A DNA stretch of 64,000 nucleotides from Spirochaetota bacterium (GCA_031549085.1 JAVBQL010000021.1:5422-69421); one strand, 5' to 3'. Positions 9,321 to 20,196 are shown, counted from the first letter of the stretch. Made by a program: numbers and translations. The notes: generated by a model from the sequence alone, not told the origin.

Positions 9321-10187
9321 ATGGAAATAGTTTATAGCATAATTGATACTCTTTTGCCCTTTGAGTGGTCAAGATATACTTTTATGAAGAATGCTTTTAT
9401 TGCTATAATTATCATCTCTCCGCTCTTTGCAATGCTTGGCACTATGGTGATAAATAATAAAATGGCCTTCTTTTCTGATTCCGTTGGCCATTCTGCATTA
9501 ACTGGTGTTGCTTTAGGTGTGATTATGGGGCTAAAAAACCATCTTATAGCAATTATCATTTTTTCTATATTCTTTGCTGTTATAATAACACTGTTAAAAG
9601 CAAAAACAACAAACTCTACTGATACAATTATTGGTGTTGTAAACTCTGTCTCTGTTGCTTTAGGAATAGTTATCTTATCAAAAGATGGCAATTTTTCTAA
9701 ATACTCCTATTTTCTAATAGGAGATATTTTAAGTATAAATGTCAAAGATATAACTATGATTTTTATTTTAGCTCTCTTTATTCTTGTTATCTGGCTTCTA
9801 TTTTTTAATAATTTTTTGCTTGTAAGTATTAATAGTAGTTTAGCTAACTCAAAAAAGAATAATGTCCTATTGATAGACCTGGTATTTACAATAATTATTG
9901 CACTTGTTGTAAGCATATCTATACAGTGGGTTGGGATTATGATAATCAATTCACTCTTGATATTACCTGCGGCAATTTCGAGAAATATATCTAAAAGTAT
10001 CTTTCAATATACAAATTTTTCAATACTTATATCACTCTTTGCTGGAATAGCAGGGCTTGTTGTCTCTTTTTATATCTCAACAGCTACGGGGGCAACTATT
10101 GTTTTGGTGCTGGGGCTCATCTATCTATTCAGTATAATCTTCACTGGTATCAGTAGCATCATAGATAACAAAAGTCTCATTAAGTAG
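9321..10187 (+). CDS. Metal (Zn/Mn) ABC transporter permease, ZnuB family
   Basis: MAFFSDSVGHSALTGVALG, FLIGDIL, VGIMIINSLLILPA, ATGATIV; ATG at 9321. Confidence 0.9.
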   Translation: MEIVYSIIDTLLPFEWSRYTFMKNAFIAIIIISPLFAMLGTMVINNKMAFFSDSVGHSALTGVALGVIMGLKNHLIAIIIFSIFFAVIITLLKAKTTNSTDTIIGVVNSVSVALGIVILSKDGNFSKYSYFLIGDILSINVKDITMIFILALFILVIWLLFFNNFLLVSINSSLANSKKNNVLLIDLVFTIIIALVVSISIQWVGIMIINSLLILPAAISRNISKSIFQYTNFSILISLFAGIAGLVVSFYISTATGATIVLVLGLIYLFSIIFTGISSIIDNKSLIK

Positions 10188-12023
10188 CTGGTTTTTTTCT
10201 ATAAATATATCAACAATCACAGGATCAAAATGAGTTCCCTTTCCCTCAACAATTATTTCTACAGCCTTATCATGTGTATAGGCCTCTTTATAGGAGCGTT
10301 TTTGCCTTAAGGCATCATACACATCTGCAACTGCTAATATTCTTGCACTTAATGGTATTTCAAACTCTCTCTTACCATGTGGATAGCCAAACCCATCCCA
10401 CCTCTCATGATGATTCTCTGCCAAAACAGATGCAAGAGCCAAAAATGTCTTTTTCTTTGTTTGCTTGGTAATGGAGCTCAATTTTTGCTGTCCAAAAGTT
10501 GTATGCTGCTTCATTACTTCATACTCTTTATCAGTCAATTTGCTGTGACTTTTTAATATGTTATCTTCTATACCAACCTTTCCCAAATCATGCAGAGAGG
10601 CACTATATAAAAGATCTCTAATATACTCATTAGAAATGATAATGTAGTCTGTAACTTCATCAATCTTATTATCATTTATCAGCTGTTCAAGTTGACCAGA
10701 CTCCCTCTTTTTAAGTAATGCTTCTGCTAAAATCTTGGTGTATATGGTGACTCTCTCCTGATGTTTGAATGTTTCAATGTCTCTAAGTTTTGATATCTCC
10801 TGCAGAGTTGCAAGCATCTCTTTTTGAAATTCTTGAAATTCAAAGTCATTTAATAGAAGGATCTCTGTCATCTTAAAGATTGAACGCATAATCATAGAGA
10901 AGATAAAATTTATTGTGTGCCCCTCATCAAATACATTCTCTGTTGGCTCTCCAAGAACTATATAACCAATCAATGTTTTCTCAAGTTTTGTCCTATTCAT
11001 CTCCATCAAATCATCAAAGAGCTCTTTAGGAAGGTTTGAAAATCTCTCTCCTATTATTTTCTCAGTAAGCACTCCTATATTATTAACTATATATTCTGAT
11101 AGAATTTCTCCCTCTCTCTTATATCCAAGCTTTTTCAACTTTATAGCAAATCTCTCAAAAGTAATATTATTTTCTTCCAATGTATAGAGCTGTGTCCCAT
11201 AATATTTAACTCCATTTAGCTCTATCTCTTTGTACTCTTCTGATATAAAATTATTAGATTCATCTATCTCCTTCAGTATAGGTGATAAGATCTTTTTGTT
11301 ATATTCAGTTTTCTTGACAGAATAATCTGAGAGAGAGTTGTATATTTTTATTGTTCCCTCAAACCCTAAAAAATCATTCAACCTAAGCCATATATCATTC
11401 AATATATTTTCATAATTCAGTTTATCGATTAATGTTTTTCTGTAGGTTAGCTTCATTGTGTTTATATCAGCATTATCTATTACATTTTGATATATTAAAA
11501 TAAATTTTTGAAACTCTGGGTTTTCAGATGCCTTTAAATCTTTGACACTCAGCAATATATGCCTGCTTAGTGAGTACTCATCTCCATAGACAGATGAAAT
11601 TATATCATCTACAACTGTTACAATAATTATTTTTCTAAAGTAGTTGGTGGCAATATAGTCATTTGTGAATTTTTTAAGTTTTTGATCCAGTGTCAATTTT
11701 GAATTAGAGCTATTTATTGTCTCTTTCTCTATATTGTCTATATAAGAGAGCATATAGTTTGTTATAACTTTTACAGTGCTATTATTTATTACCTTCTCTT
11801 TAAGACTGTTTACCTCTGTGGAGAGACCAACAAGTTCCGACAAAATGTCAGGTATTATTGGGGTTAAACTATTGTTACTTTTTGAGTCTATCATTAGGTA
11901 TGAGTAGACCAAACTCATACAATTTATTATATCTATTGTATCTTTTTTTGAATTGTTATATTTTTCTATCTCATCTTCTATAAATGAGAAAGAATCTGAA
12001 ACATCATCCATGATATTTTCCAT
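10125..12023 (-). CDS. HD-GYP c-di-GMP phosphodiesterase with an unknown N-terminal region
   Basis: SLHDLGKVG, HHERWDGFGYPHG, IPLSARILAVADVYDAL, GTHFDP. Confidence 0.9.
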   Translation of the reverse strand: MENIMDDVSDSFSFIEDEIEKYNNSKKDTIDIINCMSLVYSYLMIDSKSNNSLTPIIPDILSELVGLSTEVNSLKEKVINNSTVKVITNYMLSYIDNIEKETINSSNSKLTLDQKLKKFTNDYIATNYFRKIIIVTVVDDIISSVYGDEYSLSRHILLSVKDLKASENPEFQKFILIYQNVIDNADINTMKLTYRKTLIDKLNYENILNDIWLRLNDFLGFEGTIKIYNSLSDYSVKKTEYNKKILSPILKEIDESNNFISEEYKEIELNGVKYYGTQLYTLEENNITFERFAIKLKKLGYKREGEILSEYIVNNIGVLTEKIIGERFSNLPKELFDDLMEMNRTKLEKTLIGYIVLGEPTENVFDEGHTINFIFSMIMRSIFKMTEILLLNDFEFQEFQKEMLATLQEISKLRDIETFKHQERVTIYTKILAEALLKKRESGQLEQLINDNKIDEVTDYIIISNEYIRDLLYSASLHDLGKVGIEDNILKSHSKLTDKEYEVMKQHTTFGQQKLSSITKQTKKKTFLALASVLAENHHERWDGFGYPHGKREFEIPLSARILAVADVYDALRQKRSYKEAYTHDKAVEIIVEGKGTHFDPVIVDIFIEKNQLLNETFVIYDATDTSEDYTE

Positions 12024-12289
12024 ACTCTCTATACTTTATAATTTTGTAGTATTTAGTATTTTAGCCCATAGAATAAAATTTATTTATATTTTATATAAAT
12101 AAAAAAATGGGATAAAAAAGTATTTATGATTATAATTTATCAAATATGTTTTATATAAATCTACTATAAAATTTCCCTTCACATATTAATCAAATAAACT
12201 TACTACTATATTAAGTATAGTAATATTTTTATCCTAAATACAAGTTTTTTTTAGTTTTAATAAATTAAAAAATATTTTTTGTGCTGGAT

Positions 12290-12778
12290 TTATGCTATGT
12301 TTTTCAATTCTCTCTTTTTTAGTGACAAGGCTGCTCTATTTCTTAAAATATTAAGATAAAACAGTAGAAATATAATGGGAATATTAACTCCCCCAAAGAG
12401 GATGATGGATAGAGCTTTAGAATAAACTATTTCTAAAAAGAGTTTTAACAATACAATCTCTAGGTTTATTAATAATATAAAAACTAGCAGTGGGGCAAAT
12501 ATTTTTAGAGATATGTCAGCAAGAAGATATTTTAAGTTATTATATTTTTTATATCTATAAAACAGATCTTTTCCCATTAAAAATAGAATAAATAGAGATG
12601 TTACTAATATTGTTAAAATTGAGTACTCTTTTAGATGATAGACTGATAACCAATATATTGGATATAGAAACACAATACAAAATAGTATAAAAAACAGAAT
12701 TAAAATTAGGATATATTTTAGAGTGTTAAAAAGCTTTTTAAATTCTGTATCTATTTTTTTCATTTTTTTTAGTCCCAA
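12290..12778 (-). CDS. Hypothetical membrane protein (about 4 TM)
   Basis: Hydrophobic ORF downstream of plsC; start uncertain. Confidence 0.55.
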   Translation of the reverse strand: MGLKKMKKIDTEFKKLFNTLKYILILILFFILFCIVFLYPIYWLSVYHLKEYSILTILVTSLFILFLMGKDLFYRYKKYNNLKYLLADISLKIFAPLLVFILLINLEIVLLKLFLEIVYSKALSIILFGGVNIPIIFLLFYLNILRNRAALSLKKRELKNIA

Positions 12779-12857
12779 ATCCTTTTTGACAAATATTTTA
12801 TATAAAACTTGTAATCTTTCTACATTTTATTGGTTATAGAAAGAGGTTCAATAATTG

Positions 12858-13079
12858 CTATAGAGTCTCTTTTTTTTCTGGTTCGATTTTTTTTCTCTTT
12901 AGATTTAGTTTGTGTCTTCTAATTTGCTCTCGAAGCTCCCATCTCTCTTGTCGTTTTTTGTCCATCTTGTAGTGAAAGCTATTTCCATTTCTTAACCTTA
13001 TATAGCAGTTCACCTTATCAAGTTCATCCGGATGGTTTAAAAGCATCTCAAAAAGACTCTTAATTTCATCATAGATCAT
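12858..13079 (-). CDS. Small basic hypothetical protein
   Basis: Starts 3 bp after the plsC stop, with GGAG overlapping the end of plsC. Confidence 0.55.
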   Translation of the reverse strand: MIYDEIKSLFEMLLNHPDELDKVNCYIRLRNGNSFHYKMDKKRQERWELREQIRRHKLNLKRKKIEPEKKETL

Positions 13080-13082
13080 AAT

Positions 13083-13769
13083 TTAACTCCAAAATTTATT
13101 TAATTTTATGTCCAGCAAAAGCTCTTCAATCTTTTTCTTTATTTTATCAGTTATCTCCTCCTCAATTTTTCTTGTATCCGCATCAGCTAAATTTAGGTAC
13201 TCAGAAAAATCGAGGGGCTCTCCTATATTTGCATAGTATTTTCCAGAGAGCACCGTTAGAGTTCGAAACGTCTCCTCTTCTGTCTTTATGTTGTAGTCCT
13301 TCTCTTTAACATATCTCATTGGTGAGATTATTGCTATTGGTATTATTGGTACAGGTTTTTTCAAATATATCTTTGCAATTCCAGTATAGAACTTTGCTAG
13401 TCCCCCCTGACTATTTAGATCCCCTTCAGGAAATATATATATAGATTCTCCCTTTTCCAAATATGAGGCTGCATTATTCACAACATTTTTTCTTTCAGAG
13501 GGAGAAGCATTTATCTGTTCTCCATGTTTTAATATTTTTCTAAAAAAAGGAACAGAGAAGCCGGGACCTATGACCATATGGACAGGCTCTTTCATTAGGG
13601 TAATTACAAAGAATGGATCTGTTGATGAGAAGTGGTTTGAACAAAATATCTTTGCCCCATTTTTGGGGATATTAGATTTCCCCCATACTTTGAATTCCAA
13701 AAATATTTTTAGATAGAACTTAATCCCACCTCTTATTATATTGTATACAGTTCTTGGAAACCAGTGCAA
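13083..13769 (-). CDS. plsC: Lysophospholipid acyltransferase (PlsC family)
   Basis: NHFSSTD (NHxxxxD) and IFPEG motifs; TTG start after AAGGAG. Confidence 0.85.
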   Translation of the reverse strand: MHWFPRTVYNIIRGGIKFYLKIFLEFKVWGKSNIPKNGAKIFCSNHFSSTDPFFVITLMKEPVHMVIGPGFSVPFFRKILKHGEQINASPSERKNVVNNAASYLEKGESIYIFPEGDLNSQGGLAKFYTGIAKIYLKKPVPIIPIAIISPMRYVKEKDYNIKTEEETFRTLTVLSGKYYANIGEPLDFSEYLNLADADTRKIEEEITDKIKKKIEELLLDIKLNKFWS

Positions 13770-13915
13770 TTTTAGTTTGACTCCTTTATGAATGAACTAT
13801 TATAAAACAAATAATTGTATTATTAAAGATCTATTTTACGAAATAATTTAATGTTATTTAATAAAATAAATGATATTAAACAAAAAAAATATTATGATAA
13901 ATATTAAAAAAAGAG

Positions 13916-13944
13916 TTGACATTAAGGTTTCCTTTATTTATAAT
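13916..13944 (+). promoter_or_regulatory. Consensus sigma70 promoter
   Basis: TTGACA-17bp-TATAAT, perfect match. Confidence 0.85.
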
Positions 13945-14000
13945 AGATAATATTGGCAAGAAAGTGCCATAGTATTTTATTTTTTTTAGGAGAATATTTT

Positions 14001-15212
14001 ATGAAATTGTTTAACAAATTTTTAATGCTTTTAGCAGCATTAACATTAGTATTTGCTTTCGCTTCATGTGAAGAACCAAAGGATGATGATCCAAAAGAAG
14101 ACGAAGAGAAAAGCACTGCTTATGATTTTAGTACTGGTTACTTAAATGAGATGGTTGCCATAGGTATTGGTGATACATTTGGCAATTGGAGTTTTGCAAG
14201 TGCTCCAGCAGCTACAGGTGCTCAAGGAACTGATGCAAGTGGTAATGATATAGTTACTTTTACTTGGACTCTTACTGCTGCTGATTACCTTGTTGTTGAT
14301 GGTGCAGATGGTGGATTCAAGTTTGCTCCAAAAAGTACTCCAGCTAATCTTGCTAACAAAGATGGTTGGCCTACAGATGTTAATGGATGGTTAGGAAGCT
14401 TTGGATCTCCAACAGCTGCTGCTAAAGATGATCTTAAACCAGATTCTACTGTAAATCCAGACACTTCATATACAAAAAATGCTGTTTCTCAAAATGCTCA
14501 AAAAGGTGGCGGAAATTATAGTATCTATGCAGAGAAGGGAAAAACAATTGCTCTTACACTAACAGTTCCAAAGACAGGTACTATCACATATTCTGGCAGT
14601 GGTGACTCTACAACAATAATAACTCCAGTTGTTGCTAAGATTGAACTTACAGCTACAACTCCTACTAGATCTTATGAGACACCAGTAGTTAATCTTACAG
14701 ATAAAAATGGTAATCCAATAGCAATAGGATCATTTGGTGGAATTCCAACAACTGATTATCCAGTTAAAATGATAGTTTCTCAAGTATGGACAGATTTGAC
14801 TAGTGGTAATGAGACAACTACATATGCTCAAATAGCTCCTACTAATCCTTGGGGTATGGCTGCATATAGTGATGTAACTCATGATGCAATGATAGCTCTT
14901 AAAGCTGATGGTACATCAGATGCAATATTTGTACTACAACAAGGTGCAACTGAGCTTACACAATATAGCATTAACTTCCCTATAACATGGACAGGCGCTG
15001 CTAACAATCCGATAATGCTTGGTGGACAAGATCTAGCTGCTACCACTGGAGCGGCTACTCAATTCTTTAACTGGATAGCTGACGCTGAGTGGAATATGAT
15101 TGGACAAGCAAAAATGTTCCCTGCTGGTAAAACATATACTTTAGAGAATGCTAAGATTAGTTTTGGTGATAACAACACTAAAATTGTTGTTGGACCATTT
15201 ACTGTTGAATAA
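14001..15212 (+). CDS. Surface lipoprotein, Thr/Ala/Gly-rich, possible carbohydrate-binding module
   Basis: AGGAG RBS then ATG at 14001; lipobox FASC; GDTFGNW...FKF motif. Confidence 0.75.
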   Translation: MKLFNKFLMLLAALTLVFAFASCEEPKDDDPKEDEEKSTAYDFSTGYLNEMVAIGIGDTFGNWSFASAPAATGAQGTDASGNDIVTFTWTLTAADYLVVDGADGGFKFAPKSTPANLANKDGWPTDVNGWLGSFGSPTAAAKDDLKPDSTVNPDTSYTKNAVSQNAQKGGGNYSIYAEKGKTIALTLTVPKTGTITYSGSGDSTTIITPVVAKIELTATTPTRSYETPVVNLTDKNGNPIAIGSFGGIPTTDYPVKMIVSQVWTDLTSGNETTTYAQIAPTNPWGMAAYSDVTHDAMIALKADGTSDAIFVLQQGATELTQYSINFPITWTGAANNPIMLGGQDLAATTGAATQFFNWIADAEWNMIGQAKMFPAGKTYTLENAKISFGDNNTKIVVGPFTVE

Positions 15213-15233
15213 TTAGTTTATCAACAAATTTTT

Positions 15234-15261
15234 GAGAGGGCTTTCTGCCCTCTCTTTTTTT
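15234..15261 (+). terminator. Rho-independent terminator
   Basis: GAGAGGGC-TTTCT-GCCCTCTC followed by a T-run. Confidence 0.9.
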
Positions 15262-15323
15262 ATCTCTTTAAGGTAAAAAAAGAATAGATAAAAATTTATT
15301 TTTTTACATATTTTGTTTTTTAA

Positions 15324-15352
15324 TTGACATTTACCTATCTATAAATTAAAAT
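15324..15352 (+). promoter_or_regulatory. Sigma70-type promoter
   Basis: TTGACA-17bp-TAAAAT. Confidence 0.7.
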
Positions 15353-15387
15353 TACAACATATTTTTATATTTTCAGGAGGAGTAGAA

Positions 15388-16833
15388 TTGAAAACATCTT
15401 ATAAGTTTTTTATATTCTTAATGTCTATTTTATCTGTTTTTTTTATTGTAACATGCACACAAAATGATGATGTCTCAGATGGGGAGAACAACAATTCTTC
15501 TTCAAGTAGTACAACAGTAACCACTGATGCTGGAAATATAACATCAGATCTTATATTTAGTGCAATCACTCCTATAAAGGGAGCAACTAGTGTTGCTGTT
15601 AATAGTAATATTACCATAACTTATAGCAGTGCCTCTGGGGCAACTTTTGATACTGCTATAAAACCCACAATAACTCTTGGAAATATTGCTTTTACTTCTA
15701 GTGAAATTACAATTGGTAGTACAACCATAACTATTGATCCGAGCAGTGATCTTCAGAGCGGTACAACTTATGCTCATGTCAGTATAGATGGCCTAAAAGA
15801 TAATAAGGGACATAGTGTTAATATCCATACTGACTCAAGCTATGAATTTACTACTTTAGCTCAAACATCAGACTTAGAGTTTAAATCTATAACGCCAGTT
15901 AGTGGAACATCTTTACTCCCTATAGATCAATTAATAACTGTTACATATGGAAATAAAAGTGGAGTCTCTACAAGTTTTGAACTTGATACTTCAAGTACCC
16001 CTACTCTTATTATAGGAGATAGAATATTTGATAAAAATAACTCTTCTATATTGGTAACAAATTTTACAGTTGCATTAAAACCAAAACCGGGTTACTACTT
16101 CGATTTTGATACAACCTATGATGGCGTAAGTGTAACAGGACTTAAAGATACAGATGCTAAGGATCCTACCTATTCTGATGCCACCTATGGAATAACAACA
16201 GAGGCAGGCACTATTACCATTGTTGGAACTGAAGATAAGCTTGGAAAGATGAGAATAGAGACAAAAAACCCTAATATTAATAGTAATCCTAAATTTAATA
16301 CAGCTGATTGTGTAGATTATTCTAATAATTGGGGAACAGGGGCACTACAAGAATTTAGTCCTTTAGTATCTGATTTTTTCCCAATCAAAGTTACAGTTAA
16401 AAGAACTATTACACGTAAGTATAGTGGAGCATCTACTGGAAGAGATTTAACAGCTGATATTAATCAATATTTAAGCCTTGATGTTCCAGAAGCTTTAAAT
16501 CGTACATATACTGATTATAAAACTAATGGTGCCGGATCTATGTTTAATTCAAATAACTTCAATATATTATCAGGTGAAAAAACAGGTTCTACTGTTTTTG
16601 GACCAGGATTTCCCACAGTGTGGATAGATGGGGAACCTCCTTTGGGCTACTCTGTTGTCATTGGTGGTGACAGTGATGGAGATGGTATTGCTGATACAGT
16701 TCCTGGCATAATATCTACATGGCCAATAGTGGATTCACCTATGGAGCAATCTACATTTATTACTACCTATACTAAATTTCAGATGCAGTTTATAGATAAT
16801 GGAACTAATTTAGCATTAAATTGTTTAAATTAA
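15388..16833 (+). CDS. Lipoprotein with tandem SbsA-type Ig-like (Big_5) domains
   Basis: Lipobox IVTC; repeated ITP..G...V..N..ITITY...T.TIDP..DL..GTTY...GLKD...FTT. Confidence 0.75.
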   Translation: MKTSYKFFIFLMSILSVFFIVTCTQNDDVSDGENNNSSSSSTTVTTDAGNITSDLIFSAITPIKGATSVAVNSNITITYSSASGATFDTAIKPTITLGNIAFTSSEITIGSTTITIDPSSDLQSGTTYAHVSIDGLKDNKGHSVNIHTDSSYEFTTLAQTSDLEFKSITPVSGTSLLPIDQLITVTYGNKSGVSTSFELDTSSTPTLIIGDRIFDKNNSSILVTNFTVALKPKPGYYFDFDTTYDGVSVTGLKDTDAKDPTYSDATYGITTEAGTITIVGTEDKLGKMRIETKNPNINSNPKFNTADCVDYSNNWGTGALQEFSPLVSDFFPIKVTVKRTITRKYSGASTGRDLTADINQYLSLDVPEALNRTYTDYKTNGAGSMFNSNNFNILSGEKTGSTVFGPGFPTVWIDGEPPLGYSVVIGGDSDGDGIADTVPGIISTWPIVDSPMEQSTFITTYTKFQMQFIDNGTNLALNCLN

Positions 16834-16866
16834 TTATTTATAAAATTTAATATCTGAAACAGATAC

Positions 16867-16899
16867 AAAAAAAGAGAGGCTTTTTACCCTCTCTTTTTT
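16867..16899 (+). terminator. Rho-independent terminator
   Basis: AAAAAAAGAGAGG...CCTCTCTTTTTT. Confidence 0.8.
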
Positions 16900-16963
16900 A
16901 TTTACTTTTAGTCTATTTTTTGATAGATTGAAGCCATATTTATAGTAACTAGAGAGGTTTTTA

Positions 16964-18208
16964 ATGAATATTTTTCTTGTGGGTAATGGAGGAAGAGAGC
17001 ATGCAATTGCAAAAAAAATATCATCATCTCCTCTCCTAACCAACCTATATTTTACACCCTATAACCCTGGTATTGCATCAATTGGTAAGTTTGTTGATAT
17101 TCCATATACTAAAGAAGATATAGTTTCATTTTCTAAAAACAACAATATAGATCTAATAATTTCAGGCCCAGAGCAGCTCTTGGTTGATGGATTAAGTGAC
17201 CATGCAAATCAGCATGGCATAAAAGTTTTTGGACCATCAAAAAGTGGAGCTATATTAGAGGGGAGTAAAATTTATTCAAAAGAGCTCATGAAAAAATATA
17301 AGATACCTACAGCAGATTATAATATATTTTATGATTATAATAGTGCAAAAAATTTTATTGATAGCTCTAATATACCAATAGTCATAAAAGCTGATGGTTT
17401 GGCTGCTGGTAAAGGTGTTGCTGTTGCTATGACCAGAGATGAGGCATACTCCTTTCTAAAAAAATGTTTTATAGATGATGGTTTTGGTAGTAGTGGGCGC
17501 TCAGTTGTAATAGAGGAATTTATGGAGGGAGTAGAGATGAGTGCTCTCTTTATAACAGATGGAAATACCTTTCTTCCACTTATAGCAGCAAAAGACTATA
17601 AACGTATATTTGATAATGATAAGGGACCAAATACTGGCGGCATGGGCTCTTTTGCTCCTCACAATCTTTTAACACAATCTTTACAGGATGAGATAGATAA
17701 ATTGATAATATCTCCTTTAAGAGCAGCCTTCAAAAGTGAAAATATTGATTATAATGGTGTATTGTATGTTGGTCTCATGCTAACAAATAGTGGTCCAAAA
17801 GTGGTAGAATTTAATTGTAGATTTGGAGATCCTGAAACACAAGCCATTCTTCCTTTAATGGAAAATGATCTTCTGCAAATCATGTTTGATACTGTTAATG
17901 GAAAATTAAATAGCAATAAACTTGAATGGTTGTCTCTTTATTCTTGCTGTGTGGTTATAGCATCTAAAGGTTATCCAGATAGTTATCTAAAAAATATACC
18001 AATGACATTTAAAACTAATCCTTTTGATTATATACATTGCGGTACTACTGTCAGAGGAAATTCTTTTTTTACTAATGGTGGACGAGTATTGAATAGTGTT
18101 GGTTTGGGAGAGACTCTAGCATTAGCAAGGGAGAATGCTTATAAATTGGTTGATAATATAGATTTTGATGGTAAATTCTTTAGAAAAGATATTGCCTATT
18201 TTGAGTAG
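16964..18208 (+). CDS. purD: Phosphoribosylamine-glycine ligase
   Basis: GNGGREHA, KADGLAAGKGV, GPNTGGMG, EFNCRFGDPETQ. Confidence 0.97.
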   Translation: MNIFLVGNGGREHAIAKKISSSPLLTNLYFTPYNPGIASIGKFVDIPYTKEDIVSFSKNNNIDLIISGPEQLLVDGLSDHANQHGIKVFGPSKSGAILEGSKIYSKELMKKYKIPTADYNIFYDYNSAKNFIDSSNIPIVIKADGLAAGKGVAVAMTRDEAYSFLKKCFIDDGFGSSGRSVVIEEFMEGVEMSALFITDGNTFLPLIAAKDYKRIFDNDKGPNTGGMGSFAPHNLLTQSLQDEIDKLIISPLRAAFKSENIDYNGVLYVGLMLTNSGPKVVEFNCRFGDPETQAILPLMENDLLQIMFDTVNGKLNSNKLEWLSLYSCCVVIASKGYPDSYLKNIPMTFKTNPFDYIHCGTTVRGNSFFTNGGRVLNSVGLGETLALARENAYKLVDNIDFDGKFFRKDIAYFE

Positions 18209-18304
18209 TATTGTTTTTTATATTGCATCATAAAAATTAAATATTGTTGACAATTTCATTACTTATATAATATAATGATTCTCTATAAATTTTGAGGCTG
18301 CTAT

Positions 18305-19402
18305 ATGATTGATGTTCACTGCCATATATTTTCTTTTAAAAATGTTCCTGATAGTTTTTTCCCTGTAATTTTTACAAAAAGAGATAAAAATGGTGATGAA
18401 GTTCTGTTGCCATATATACCAATTATAAAAGAGACAAATATATATGATCGTTTTTCTAAATTTTTTGATATAGGGAACTCCTCATATGAAAATATTTTAG
18501 ATGGTTTTTTTAGATACTATTCCAAAAATTCCATTATAACTCCACTTTTGATCGATTGGACTTATGGATTAAAAGGTGAGATAAAAGAAGATTTTTATTC
18601 TCAATTTGCTTCTCTTGCTAATTTAAAAATGAGTCATCCAAACGTAGTCAAGCCATTTTTAGGTATAGATCCAAGAAGAGATGAGATTTTGGAACTTGTG
18701 AAAAAGCATGTTGGCTCTACAAAAGAGTTTTATGGAGTTAAACTCTATCCGCCAATGGGCTTTCTGCCCTCTGATCCTAAACTTATGCCAATTTATGAGT
18801 ATTGCGAAGCTAACTCTATTCCAATTACTACACATTGCAGCTCTACTGGTATTGCAAGCAGTTACAAAAAATTTCATATTGAAGGATTTAGATTTATAGA
18901 TAATGTTGAAAAACTATTTAAAGAGGATATAAAATTTCGTTTCACTTCAGAATCTGTGGGATATTTTTGTAGTCCATCAAATTGGAAAGTAGTCTTAAAT
19001 AAATTCCCCAATCTGTATCTTAATCTTGCTCATTTTGGAGGTGAAAATGAGTGGAAGAAATATATGAATAATGATAAAAATACTTGGGTTGATAAAATAA
19101 TCAACCTAATTTTAAAATATCCTAATGTTTATACCGATATTTCTTATACTTTTACATATCGTCAATTTTTTCCAATGTTAAAAAAGATGATGTCAAGCCC
19201 ATTAAAGAATAAAATTCTCTATGGTTCAGATTTTTATGTATCTGTTATAGAGGGGCAGTTCTATTCATTTCTTAATAATCTTTTGATAGATTTTTCTGAA
19301 GGTGAGCTTGAACTTATGGCTGTTAAAAACCCTAGTAATTTTTTGAAAATGGAAAATTTGCCATCTTTTAAATTTAATGAGATTTTCAAATTTATGAACT
19401 AA
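18305..19402 (+). CDS. Amidohydrolase (Amidohydro_2) family protein
   Basis: IDVHCH, GVKLYPPMG, LAHFGG, YGSDF; upstream TTGACA-18-TATAAT at 18247-18276. Confidence 0.85.
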   Translation: MIDVHCHIFSFKNVPDSFFPVIFTKRDKNGDEVLLPYIPIIKETNIYDRFSKFFDIGNSSYENILDGFFRYYSKNSIITPLLIDWTYGLKGEIKEDFYSQFASLANLKMSHPNVVKPFLGIDPRRDEILELVKKHVGSTKEFYGVKLYPPMGFLPSDPKLMPIYEYCEANSIPITTHCSSTGIASSYKKFHIEGFRFIDNVEKLFKEDIKFRFTSESVGYFCSPSNWKVVLNKFPNLYLNLAHFGGENEWKKYMNNDKNTWVDKIINLILKYPNVYTDISYTFTYRQFFPMLKKMMSSPLKNKILYGSDFYVSVIEGQFYSFLNNLLIDFSEGELELMAVKNPSNFLKMENLPSFKFNEIFKFMN

Positions 19403-20196
19403 CTATTGTTGCTAGAACTTTTCATATATTTTTCTAGTGCTAGTATCATCTGTTTGTGCTCTTTTATATCATGAACTCTTAATATTGATGCTCCATTTAG
19501 TATAGATACTGTATTAAGAGCTATTGTTCCAGCTAATCTATCGTTTGTTTGATAATTTGGCTCTTTCAATTTTCCAATCATGGATTTTCTTGAGACGCCA
19601 ACCAATATTGGAACATTTAGGTTTTTAAATAGTGATAAATTGGCAAGCAGTTTATAATTATCGTTTAATGTTTTTCCAAACCCAAATCCAGGATCTATAA
19701 CAATATCATTTATGCCGCTATTTTTTAAAATTTTTATCTGTTTATCAAAAAAGTAATAAACTTCTTTAATGATATCTATATATTTTATGCTATTTTCATT
19801 CATCCCTTTGCTACTATGACTGGAGTGCATGATTATTGATTTTGCTCTATATTTTTTCGCTATCTCTATCATTTTGACATCATAAGTAAAACCAGTGATA
19901 TCATTTATAATTTTAGCACCATTTTTGATTGCCTCTTCGGCAACCCTATGTTTATATGTATCAATAGAGATAGGTATATCATAGTTTTTTGATATTGCTT
20001 CAACTATAGGTACTACTCTGTTAAGTTCTTCCTCTTCTGATATGGGATTAGAGGAGGGTTTGGTTGACTCTCCTCCAATATCTATAATATCAGCTCCCTC
20101 ATCTATCATCTCTTTGGCTCTTTTTAGTGCCTCTGAAATAGAACAATAGTTTCCACCATCACTAAAAGAGTCTGGAGTGATATTTAGTATTCCCAT
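19399..20196 (-). CDS. folP: Dihydropteroate synthase
   Basis: MGILNITPDSFSDGG, IDIGGEST, DPGFGFGK, SRKS, RVHD. The start may be ATA at 20214. Confidence 0.96.
   Translation of the reverse strand: MGILNITPDSFSDGGNYCSISEALKRAKEMIDEGADIIDIGGESTKPSSNPISEEEELNRVVPIVEAISKNYDIPISIDTYKHRVAEEAIKNGAKIINDITGFTYDVKMIEIAKKYRAKSIIMHSSHSSKGMNENSIKYIDIIKEVYYFFDKQIKILKNSGINDIVIDPGFGFGKTLNDNYKLLANLSLFKNLNVPILVGVSRKSMIGKLKEPNYQTNDRLAGTIALNTVSILNGASILRVHDIKEHKQMILALEKYMKSSSNNS

Noticed and set aside
13953-14000. N-terminal extension of the lipoprotein ORF
   Set aside because: The RBS and signal peptide point to ATG at 14001.
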